From the NCBI GenBank assembly GCA_028023455.1, contig JAQFVV010000007.1:6820001-6884000 (forward strand): 64,000 bases of DNA, given 5' to 3'. The notes under the pieces are model-generated. The model made no database searches and was not told where the DNA came from. It worked only from the letters and a program-made list of their open reading frames with translations. This stretch comes from Epiperipatus broadwayi. Its lineage: Eukaryota > Animalia > Onychophora. A program made the position numbers and the translations under genes. Below, in pieces: positions 13,481 to 24,890 of this stretch. The number at the start of each line of letters is the position of its first letter. The first letter of the stretch is position 1.

Positions 13481-14072
13481 CTGAGAGCACTGCACCTAGA
13501 TCTTAGGATCTAATGCAACCCTCCAGCACCCACCTTTTAACTCTATTTAACTACAAAACTATGAGAATGAAATTGAAAACACTATTAATATTTTCAATCC
13601 AAGCTCAATAGCTTATATAGTCATATGGGTCTGAACTCAATTCAGTACCCATACATTTTGGTGTCTTTGGCTCTTTAACAACCATAGCCACCACTATCCT
13701 ATTAGGCAGGATTGGTGTTAAACCACTAAACATCACATGATCACTATCTCATACTAGCACATAATGTGCTAGTATGAGATAGTGATCATAATGTGCTAGT
13801 ATGAGATAGTGATCATGTGATGTTTAGTGGTTTAACACCAATCCTGCCTAATAGGATAGTGGTGGCTATGGTTGTTAAAGAGCCAAAGACACCAAAATGT
13901 ATGGGTACTGAATTGAGTTCAGACCCATATGACTATATAAGCTATTGAGCTTGGATTGAAAATATTAATAGTGTTTTCAATTTCATTCTCATAGTTTTGT
14001 AGTTAAATAGAGTTAAAAGGTGGGTGCTGGAGGGTTGCATTAGATCCTAAGATCTAGGTGCAGTGCTCTCAG

Positions 14073-14131
14073 ATCCAAGGCTCCTCACTGATGAAGGCCA
14101 CAAGCCAGAAACTAGTCTGGGGATATTGGAT
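14073..14131 (+). ncRNA. Minimal type I hammerhead ribozyme motif (right arm)
   Basis: Core CTGATGA (14088-14094); stem II GGC/GCC with loop CACAA; GAAA (14108-14111); palindromic helix III ACTAGT; GTC cleavage triplet (14115-14117); stem I TCCTCA/TGGGGA extended by ATCCAA/TTGGAT. There is a non-canonical A.A pair at the base of stem II. Confidence 0.75.
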
Positions 14132-15074
14132 GAGTAGGCACTAGATAGGGATTTTATGCACAAGCCTTCTGGGATCCATTGATTGCTCTTGTTAGCACAA
14201 GATGGCACTACTATATGGAGAGTGTTGTTTGTTTTGAATCATGCCTTGATAACAGCCTAAAGGATATGTTAGCAAAAATACTAGAAACTGAATAACATAT
14301 TGGTGTTTTTACAAAATATCATTGAATATAAAAGGTATATGGTTGACTTATTAATTATTATAAATTTATATGATAATTTTTACCATTTTCTTCTTTTTAC
14401 AGATGAAAATGCAGGGTAGCATGCACTGAACTTGATGCATTGTGGGACTAATTTTGGCACATTGAAGTAATATTGCAATCAAAAACAATTTTTACTAATA
14501 TTCGGTAAAAAAAAATTATAATAAAAATTCAAATTCAATGAGCAAAACTAAAACAAAAAATAATTATCCTGCATTCATTTTGTAAGTAAATATTGTCTAA
14601 TTTTGAGAACTAATTCAAAACAGATCCATAACAGTTAATAACTTGAGGATTCATTTTTTTCTAAACCTTGTAATTTTGTTCTTTATGAAAATTATTTTCA
14701 TCAATGAAATTGATAAAAAACAAAACAAGATCATATCAGACTGATTCAAATCTGAAATACATTCTGCTTAACCCCAAACATTAAACATCTAGTAAAAATA
14801 TAACAGTTAGAAATCTCTTTAAAATTAGCAATATTTAATCTTATAATAATGTAATATATATAAAAAAACTATTATAAAAATATTAAATTTTATTTATGTT
14901 ATTTAATATATAAGTTGAATAATAATACAAATATTGTATGGTTCACTCATTAAGGAACGAATTGATGCACAGCCTATAAAATGCTTGTCACTCTTGCATT
15001 AGAGCACTGCCTTTGATGAATAAGTTGTTTATGAGTGAAACTTATCAAATACAATCCCAAGAAGAGAAGATGAG

Positions 15075-15235
<161 letters not shown>

Positions 15236-17023
15236 CAACAACAACCAGCTATTCATAAATGACTATGGCAATTCCAGCTCAAAAAGAAAGAAAGAAAAGA
15301 GTGAAAAAACTATTTTAGAAATAACCAATCTATGAACCACAAATACATTCACATAAGAACATACTTGATATTTTGTGATGCTTGCTTTTAATTTCTTCTG
15401 CTGAAAACTTTTCTTTCTAAAATACTTTAACACTTTGTCTATTTTTCAGTTTCCAATCTATTCTACTCTCTCTATATTCTCTATAAAAAAGCAGGTAGAA
15501 TAATTAAAATTAGAGTTCTATAACGAAGAAATAATAGTTATTCAACATCAGTAATACAGTATAAACATTTCCTCCATTTCTTAATACAATTTATCTCATC
15601 ATCTCAACATCAGAACTAATTACTCGTTAATTAGCATGTTAATAAAATTAGCAAGGAAGTAATACATTTAATATATTATTTAAATAAATAGAAAGGAAAG
15701 AATGTTATGGTAATAAGTATGTTGTATGATCAGCATACGATGCATTGAATTCAAATATGTGACAAACAAAGCAAAAAAAAAGCCAGTCTTCTGGACATGT
15801 ATGGCCACTGATATTACTTGCATGTTTGATGACTCAAAACCTAGACATCAACTTTATAGGAAAAATCTGAGTGACATGACATTATATAGCTAAAAAATGC
15901 ATGCATGATTATCACTCACATAATGGCAATAACTGAGGCTTACAAATTTTTGCCACATACCATTAAGCCAAAAGTTTATCAGTAACCTGTTCTAGAGGAC
16001 ATTGGCTATCATAATTGAGAGAAATACCTAAAAATTCATGAATTGTTTATAAACAACATACATGAATGAAAGACTGATGCCATCTGTTGCTTGCAGCTCC
16101 ATCTACCCTGATTTAGGGAATCAATGATAAGAGCTTACCATATAACTGCATAATATGAATAGCTGCTGTTTTTGTATCTCAACTTCTGAAATAGCTTGGA
16201 CTTGAATGACTGCTTAAAGATGAAGACCTAGCTGTTACATATCCTTTATGTTAAGTGTGTTTGCTTCCTGACAACATAGTTAATAAAGAAGTCAAACTAA
16301 TTTTGTATGCTGATGCATAACATACAATTCAATGAATGGGATAAACAGCTAAGTGGAATCCTGTTAATCTGATTCATGAAACACATTCAACTCTTAATAA
16401 GTTTGAGATGATGATTTCAAACATTCTTGATTTTAATATGTTGTAACATTAATAAAATGGGTGGTATCTCCATTGAATACAAAATGTTGACTATTAAATT
16501 TTTACTAAATTTAAACTGATAGTACATCTTCCATACATGATGGAGCTTAATTATATGCATAGTTTAATCAGCAATTCACATGCAATTGTTTGTAAACTGC
16601 TACATCATTTACAATTGATGATTCATTCCCTATACTGAGCTGAGTTCTTAATTGAACTAAAAACAAATATATAAAAAGTTCCCAAAACTGATTAATTAGG
16701 ATAAATATCAGATAGATAATCAAATGATACTATTAAAGCTCTTTCCATTAGAATGTGAAGACATGAGGTTACTTATTTTCAAGTTTACTTATTATTTTAA
16801 TTTGATTATATGTAGAATTATTAAAAGTTAAAAAACATAGAGGTACTTTCCTTATTGCTGTTTAAAATTTCTGAATTGTATGGATAATATGGCTACCCAC
16901 TAATAATTTTGATAATTGTAATGAAGGTTAATTGTTAAGATAATAAAATATAGCAAAGTGGTTTGAAAATGAACACTGCAAAAAAGAAAAATAATGAGTC
17001 CTAGCAACTAAGTAGTCAGTATA

Positions 17024-17516
17024 TTAATAATTTTTATTAGTAATTCATTAGATTAGAAATTATCTAATAATAAATAATATTTCTGTAGCATAATTTCCAC
17101 TACACTACTCTCATGCAAGATAGGGGAGTGTCGATCCATGTTTAACACTTTGTGGAAGGGTGCAATCATAAACATATGACCAAAGTCATGTAAAAAGGTC
17201 TATGATCCCCAAGATGCATATTTCATACTAAACTGGCACTTATCAGTTGGCCCAGATCACAATATCTTACACATATCTTTATCATTGTTCAGTATATATA
17301 TATATAAATAACCAATTACTACAATTTAATTGATAGGAGTCAAACCTGCTGGCCTCACAATTTTGACACAAATCACTTAATTGAAGTTAATTAATAATTT
17401 TTATTAGTCATTCATTACACTAGAGATTATATAATAAATAATATTTCTGTAGTGTAATTTTCACTACACCACGATCACATAAATTGGTAAGGTGAAAATT
17501 ACACTAAAGAAATATT
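17024..17516. repeat. Pair of ~80-bp diverged direct repeats (17024-17106, 17391-17470) plus a 25-bp-arm hairpin (17440-17516)
   Basis: ttaataatttttattag...ttccactacac occurs twice; aatatttctgtagtgtaattttcac pairs with gtgaaaattacactaaagaaatatt with one mismatch. Confidence 0.75.
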
Positions 17517-19074
17517 AGACAGTGTGATGTAAAATTGATAAGTCATGATATTAAAAAATACATAGGTTTTGTTACTTAGAAAAGTTGTTTACCTTGAGTG
17601 AGGATATTGAAAGATAAATGAAACAGAATTAAAATATATATAAAATATTTTTTTTATTAAAAAACACTAATTTGAAGAGTAATACATTAAAAATGAAAAC
17701 CACAATTTTTTCCCTTCAACAAATAATTTTTTTGTTTTTAATATATTTCTCCTCAATTTAACCCACACTGACTACAACATTTATTTTTTAATGTAATCAC
17801 TACAACTGGTATCTGATACTGTCTTTGGGAAAAGTATTATTTTATAATAAAAATAACATTCTAATTGAACATTTAAAATAAACAAATAAAAGTAATTTTA
17901 AAATGATTTATTTCAGACTGGAACATTCTCTACATTAGTTTTCTGATATACTCCATATAAATAAAATTCTTATATATTCTGCGTAGAAATTTAGGATCAG
18001 TCGTTATAATGTATAAATTTGATTTTCTTTTTTTTTATTATAAGCAATACTTACAAAAATATTTGTGGGGAAAGAAATAAAAAAATATAACAATAAATTA
18101 CAAAAAATGGAGAAATAAAATTACTTCTCTTTAGAATAAATCAGTATGAGATATCGCTGATGCAAAAGAAAAAAAGTAAATACTTACAGCATGTGAGAAT
18201 ACAAGATTTGGTTTTAAATTTAAATTTCTTTATATTTATATAATTTAAGATTGAATGCAAGTAATAAATAGAATTGCTTTATTCACATGTTTTCATTGTT
18301 TTAGCAATAATATTGTTAAAATTATTACTATTTAACAACTAAATGAAACTCTTGCCAATGGAATGCTAGAGCAAAGAGTTGAAAGTTATTATATCAAAAC
18401 TCAGTGTGTTACTCCTGGTGCTTAAATATGTGACCTTCCAGGGAACTATTATGTGCAACCTGCTGTTTAAATGCTTAAATATCATGAGATAGCTGAATAA
18501 TTAACCATATGACTATTTGTTAATAAAATACATTAACATATATGGATTTAATGGGATGTTAGAAAACTTGTTTATTTTAATTTGAAACATTTATTAATTT
18601 TTTTCTTAAATTGAGAAATATTTAAGAATGCTTTTTGATATGGTATATGTCATGCAAAACATCATATATGGGTTTACACTAAAAATTATTTTGAAACAAC
18701 CACATTCTAATTTTTATTATTTTAAATGCTTTTATTTAATTTAGAAACTCATTTGTTTATAATATATTTTGTAATCAATTTTTAGCATACTACTATCAAA
18801 TAGATTTCCTTCAAATATTGTGTATATGTTAGAAATTGATAATAATGCAATATGTCAATGAAATATTTCAAGGTTTCTCATTGGTTTATGTAATCTAAGG
18901 GTGTCGGACCAAATTCAAACACAATGACTTTTTCAGTGATGTGCATCAAAAGATGACACATATTTTAAAATAAAATATTATACAGACTTCAACATTGTTT
19001 TCATTTTCCAATTTAAATAGAAATAATTATAAAAAATAATCAAATATTAAAGAATTAAAATGATATATAAATAT

Positions 19075-21199
19075 TGTAACGATCCGGAGAAAGGTAGACT
19101 TGACGTAATCTGCACTACAGGGCGCCATCTAGGCATTTGAACCTAGAAAAATTTATAACGTAGGCAGATACGCAAGTCAAAAAACAAAAAAAAATTTTTT
19201 TTTTTTCTTAATTTTTGATTCCGGTCGTTAGCCCAAGTCACTAGCTCAGTGAGTAGCAGAGATAATAAAATATAACTTAATTTTATATCTTAAATATAAA
19301 AGATTAAAAGCCACTGCCAGAAATTTACACATAAAATATTTATTTACGCACATATAAAATCATTCTAAATTCGAGGAATAGGTTTAACATTTTTTTAGAT
19401 TTTTATATTACTCTTTATTTTTACATTTACATAAATTTCAATGGTTTTAATTTTTTTTTTATTTAGATTGTCAAGTATGAATAGACTACATAGATCTGCA
19501 TTTGAAAATAAAACATTCTATCCCTATTTAACCCTAGGCTAAAATTCGCAGTCAAACTGGCATCAATCCATCCGATACATTTATGTATTCAATGTAGCAT
19601 GAAAATACAACAGCACAAAGATACTATACTGTCAGGAATGGACATCTGAACAATATAGTTTAAGAAAACATTGACTCTTGTCTAATACAGGAATATGACG
19701 TCTGTATAGCAAGAAGAACAATAAAATAAAAACTCCATAGGAAGGGACCGCGATCCTTTTTGCCGACTTACAATCCCATCCATAGGCAAAGGGTTGGTGC
19801 GGTGTATACAGCGATTCTGCACGTAGCGAAACTCATACTACATCTACTAATTACACAAATATATCCAATCCATTGACCCAATTCAACAACGACACAAATA
19901 ACCTAAGATTACCCTCCCCTAATATAACTTTACAAATCTATATAGCCATTCACGCCCGACTTAAGTTTAACATTTAGATACGTTCGCACAAATGAGTTTA
20001 AAAATGTTGGGTATAGATCGATTACATAGATTCCACGGTCAAAAACATTTCAAAATAAACATAAACGATCAAAATACAAAATTATTGATACCGACAATCG
20101 CAGAGGGAAACTTATAAGTAACCCAATAGTATTGACCATAAGATACTTGCGTTCTCATCAATAACTTAAAAGACATCCGAATAAATACATCTTTAGATAC
20201 TCACCGTAAGGTATCATTATTTATCGAATGTCTATATATTTTGATCAAATATGAAAACCAAAATATAATTAACCGCAAACGAATCCATGCAAGTGTCTAT
20301 AAACAACTTAAATTTCATGCATTTAAATAATCTTTACAATAAGAAAAAAAAATAATGGAAAAGATGTTTATCAATCGGAAAACATATAAAATTAAACATT
20401 ATTAATTTGATTTAAAAACTTACAAAAGTCAGATAAGAGTCCGTTTTAACTTTTAAGTTGGCTTGTTTATCAATTTATAAAACTTGACGAAAGTTCTTAA
20501 TTGATTTTAATAATTGTTCATTTCATATAGTCCATGTTCCCGTTGGCAATTCCCACGGTGTCTCCATTGGAAGAAAATGTTCTGGAGGTAGCATTAGCTG
20601 GTTCCATTCTGGTATCACAGTCTTTTCATTTTATTTTTTTTTAAAACAAACAAAAAAAAATGAGAGAGAACGGCAAGTGCGTCTTACCATTGTCATCAAA
20701 TCAAGTTGGAAAAACTCTCTGACTGGAACTCAATATTTTTTTCTTTTTATAGTCCTCCTATGGATTCCATGAACAAAAACGTCACTGTTCTGTTTTTTCG
20801 TTATGGTCCGGGCCTTTATTTGGCTTCCATTGGTCAAGCTAAAATCCCTTTCTTCTCTTATCTAACTTTCCATCTGACTTTTTAATTAAACAGCTTTTAG
20901 ATAATTAATAAACAATCATTTCCATTTATAGATTACAGGAATTAATTAATACCTGTTTTTATTTTAACTTACGTTATTTTTTTATTAAAATATTTTTATA
21001 AATCTTTTTTTTATAAAAAATACATTCAAATACCTTTTTTTTATTTATTAAAAAAATATTTTTAAAGTTTAGCATCTGTGCGAATGTATATACGTATAAC
21101 AAACATTTTTAATTTTAGCGTTTAGTTTTTTACTTTTATTTGCGAACTTTTAAGTTTTTATTTTAAATTAATGTAACGACATATTTATATATCGTTACA
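19075..21199 (-). repeat. Left LTR (3' LTR in element orientation)
   Basis: Direct repeat of 21745-23869. Confidence 0.95.
20717..20751 (-). promoter_or_regulatory. Candidate LTR promoter (TATAAAA plus CCAGTC initiator-like motif)
   Basis: Minus strand reads ggac-TATAAAA-agaaaaaaaatattgagtt-CCAGTC; orientation agrees with the PBS. Also present in the other LTR near 23390-23421. Confidence 0.5.
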
Positions 21200-21722
21200 T
21201 ATCAGTAAACTTCCTCAAAAAAATAAAAACATTAAAAAAAAAAAGAATTTACTTAGTGTTAGTAATTACGTTACACAAATTTGTTATATATGAAATTTCA
21301 AAAGGACAAAACTTTTTTTTTTTAAAAGACAAAACAGTAATTACAAATATAATGATAAAAAAAAAAAGTTGACTGATGATTCCTTACTACCAGCTAAATT
21401 TCTGCCCCCTCCCTTCCAAGTTTCATTTCTCCTACCTTTAAGTATTATTTAGGCAAGTTAAACGATTAAATTTTAAACAAGACTTTTTTAAAAAAAAAAT
21501 TATGATTTATATTTATTAATTACGTTTTATTTATTACTTTTTTATTCCTCGTATTTCTCTTTACATATGCGCAATTTTTCTTACTGGCAGTACCTTTTTA
21601 CACAAAATTTAAACTATAACTTTATGTTAATACAAAACATATATCTATATAATTTTCAGAAAAAATTTACGGGCATGATTCCCTTTTTAAAATTCTCAGG
21701 GCACTCGTGTTTATTAAAGATC

Positions 21723-21741
21723 GGCCCAAGTTGGGTAGCCA
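21723..21741 (-). promoter_or_regulatory. Primer-binding site resembling tRNA-Lys(CUU)
   Basis: Minus strand TGGCTACCCAACTTGGGCC, 3 nt after the LTR end, versus canonical TGGCGCCCAACGTGGGGC; an imperfect match. Confidence 0.65.
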
Positions 21742-21744
21742 GTT

Positions 21745-23869
21745 TGTAACGATCCGGAGAAAGCTAGACTTACGTAAACTGCACTACAGGGCGCCATCTA
21801 GGCATTTGAACCTAGAAAAATTTATAAAGTAGGCAGATACGTAAGTCAAAAAACAAAAAAAAAAAAAATTTTTTTTTTCTTAATTTTTGATTCCGGTCGT
21901 TAGCCCAAGTCACTAGCTCAGTGAGTAGCAGAGATAATAAAATATAACTTAATTTTATATCTTAAATATAAAAGATTAAAAGCCACTGCCAGAAATTTAC
22001 ACATAAAATATTTATTTACGCACATATAAAATCATTCTAAATTCGAGGAATAGGTTTAACATTTTTTTAGATTTTTATATTACTCTTTATTTTTACATTT
22101 ACATAAATTTCAATGATTTTAATTTTTTTTTATTTAGATTGTCAAGTATGAATAGACTACATAGATCTGCATTTGAAAATAAAACATTCTATCCCTATTT
22201 AACCCTAGGCTAAAATTCGCAGTCAAACTGGCATCAATCCATCCGATACATTTATGTATTCAATGTAGCATGAAAATACAACAGCACAAAGATACTATAC
22301 TGTCAGGAATGGACATCTGAACAATATAGTTTAAGAAAACATTGACTCTTGTCTAATACAGGAATATGACGTCTGTATAGCAAGAAGAACAATAAAATAA
22401 AAACTCCATAGGAAGGGACCGCGATCCTTTTTGCCGACTTACAATCCCATCCATAGGCAAAGGGTTGGTGCGGTGTATACAGCGATTCTGCACGTAGCAA
22501 AACTCATACTACATCTACTAATTACACAAATATATCCAATCCATTGACCCAATTCAACAACGACACAAATAACCTAAGATTACCCTCCCCTAATATAACT
22601 TTACAAATCTATATAGCCATTCACGCCCGACTTAAGTTTAACATTTAGATACGTTCGCACAAATGAGTTTAAAAATGTTGGGTATAGATCGATTACATAG
22701 ATTCCATGGTCAAAAACATTTCAAAATAAACATAAACGATCAAAATACAAAATTATTGATACCGACAATCGCAGAGGGAAACTTATAAGTAACCCAATAG
22801 TATTCACCATAAGATACTTGCGTTGTCACCAATAACTTAAAAGACATCCGAATAAATACATCTTTAGTTACTCACCGTAAGGTATCATTATTTATCGAAT
22901 GTCTATATATTTTGATCAAATATGAAAACCAAAATATAATTAACCGCAAACGAATCCATGCAAGCGTCTATAAACAACTTAAATTTCATGCATTTAAATA
23001 ATCTTTACAATAAGAAAAAAAAATAATGGAAAAGATGTTTATCAATCGGAAAACATATAAAATTAAACATTATTAATTTGATTTAAAAACTTACAAAAGT
23101 CAGATAAGAGTCCGTTTTAACTTTTAAGTTGGCTTGTTTATCAATTTATAAAACTTGATGAAAGTTCTTAATTGATTTTAATAATTGTTCATTTCATATA
23201 GTCCATGTTCCCGTTGGCAATTCCCACGGCGTCTCCATTGGAAGAAAATGTTCTGGAGGTAGCATTAGCTGGTTCCATTCTGGTATCACAGTCTTTTCAT
23301 TTTATTTTTTTTTAAAACAAACAAAAAAAAATGAGAGAGAACGGCAAGTGCGTCTTACCGTTGTCATCAAATCAAGTTGGAAAAACTCTCTGACTGGAAC
23401 TCAATATTTTTTTCTTTTTATAGTCCTCCTATGGATTCCATGAACAAAAACGTTACTGTTCTGTTTTTTCGTTATGGTCCGGGCCTTTATTTGGCTTCCA
23501 TTGGTCAAGCTAAAATCCCTTTCTTCTCTTATCTAACTTTCCATCTGACTTTTTAATTAAACAGCTTTTAGATAATTAATAAACAATCATTTCCATTTAT
23601 AGATTACAGGAATTAATTAATACCTGTTTTTATTTTAACTTACGTTATTTTTTTATTAAAATATTTTTATAAATCTTTTTTTATAAAAAATACATTCAAA
23701 TACCTTTTTTTATTTATTAAAAAAAATATTTTTAAAGTTTAGCATCTGTGCGAATGTATATACGTATAACAAACATTTTTAATTTTAGCGTTTAGTTTTT
23801 TACTTTTATTTGCGAACTTTTAAGTTTTTATTTTAAATTAATGTAACGACATATCTATATATCGTTACA
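21745..23869 (-). repeat. Right LTR (5' LTR in element orientation)
   Basis: Direct repeat of 19075-21199. Confidence 0.95.
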
Positions 23870-24189
23870 ATATGAAATATTTTATAATAAACACTTTTAT
23901 TTACTTAATAATACACTAATGCATTGAAGATGAAACTATTTCACATAACAATTTATTTACACTGAGCACTTTCAGAGTTTCATTACTTCATAATCATAGC
24001 CTTGTAGATTGTCAATGTAATTATATGCAAATATAGGCAGAAATATTTTTTTATATTATCCATTTTTTGGAAATGGCAAAGCAAGTGTAGTTTCTATTTA
24101 TAGAGTTAGTGTCACTGGTAATAAAACAAGCTTCCTTGATCTTTCTTCATTCCTCTCTGTACATAATATACCAGAGTTGGAGGGCTCAA

Positions 24190-24890
24190 ATCTATGGTTA
24201 AGCTCTTTCTGATGGTCAGCAAACAGGGAACTGCCTTTTTTTGGTTATTGCACATGTGTATGTGTATCTGTGTTGAGCCAATCTATTGCCAATTGTGGGA
24301 AGAGTCTCACATAGAAAACAGCACTACACCCCATCTGAGGGCTCACAATTCTATACACTATCTGGGGGGTTACTTCAATGTTTCTTTTGTCTTTAGTGTT
24401 ATTGATGAGCCTATTGGTGTTTGGAGGGGTTCTAAATTCCAGTTTGAATTCTTTATGTAAAGTTTTTCACCATTGCAGGAATGTATGGCACAGTTAGGTG
24501 TTGTCCATCTTTTTTTTAGTGTTTTGATGAAGTTTTTTATGAAGGCATTCAATTCTGTTGGCTATTGTTCTGTAGTTGAAACCCACACCTATTAAATCTC
24601 TGATGTAGCTGGTGATGTTGTTTTTTTATCAGATACTAATTTGCATAGATGATTGTGAAATAAAAAAGTAGATAGCCCTGCAAGTTTATGTGATTTGGGG
24701 GATTTTGAGAGTGGATGGAGGTAGCATCTGATGTGCAAGGGCTTGATTATCATGCAGTAACTGAGTGCAGCATTCTCTATGTTAATCTTTAAATCAAGGT
24801 ACGTAACTACATTTTGATTGTCTTCATATGTGCAATTAAATGTTAGGCCAGAAAGAGTGTGGTGTTCATGTAAAATATCCATGGTAGTGT
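24190..24890 (-). pseudogene. Decayed Penelope-like element: RT C-terminal region plus GIY-YIG endonuclease
   Basis: ORF 24592-24882 reads LTFNCTYEDNQNVVTYLDLKI...KPLHIRCYLHPLSKSP, like the PLE FT.E.E...FLD..I...KP....YLH..S.HP motif. Downstream, across a frameshift: IVYRIV (24344-24361)..C..FYV-[G]ET...RLAQHR (24267-24284). Confidence 0.8.

Larger units (their letters stand above)
13252..14249. mobile_element. Palindromic head-to-head insertion of a 466-bp hammerhead-bearing repeat (Penelope pLTR or retrozyme-like), with 13-bp TSD
   Basis: Arms 13313-13762 and 13764-14239 are reverse complements with about 2 differences plus a 27-bp tandem duplication in the right arm. Direct repeat AATCATGCCTTGA at 13252-13264 and 14237-14249. 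31-mer 13265-13295 is identical to 13731-13761. Confidence 0.9.
19075..23869 (-). mobile_element. Non-autonomous LTR retroelement with very long LTRs (LARD/TRIM-like)
   Basis: Two 2125-bp direct repeats about 99% identical; TGTAACGA...TCGTTACA termini; 4-bp TSD ATAT (19071-19074, 23870-23873); tRNA-Lys-like PBS on the minus strand; no gag or pol in the 545-bp interior. Confidence 0.9.

Noticed and set aside
19075-23869. Interpretation as a simple segmental duplication or a DIRS element
   Set aside because: TG..CA inverted termini, ATAT TSD and PBS fit an integrase-type LTR element; DIRS elements lack TSDs.
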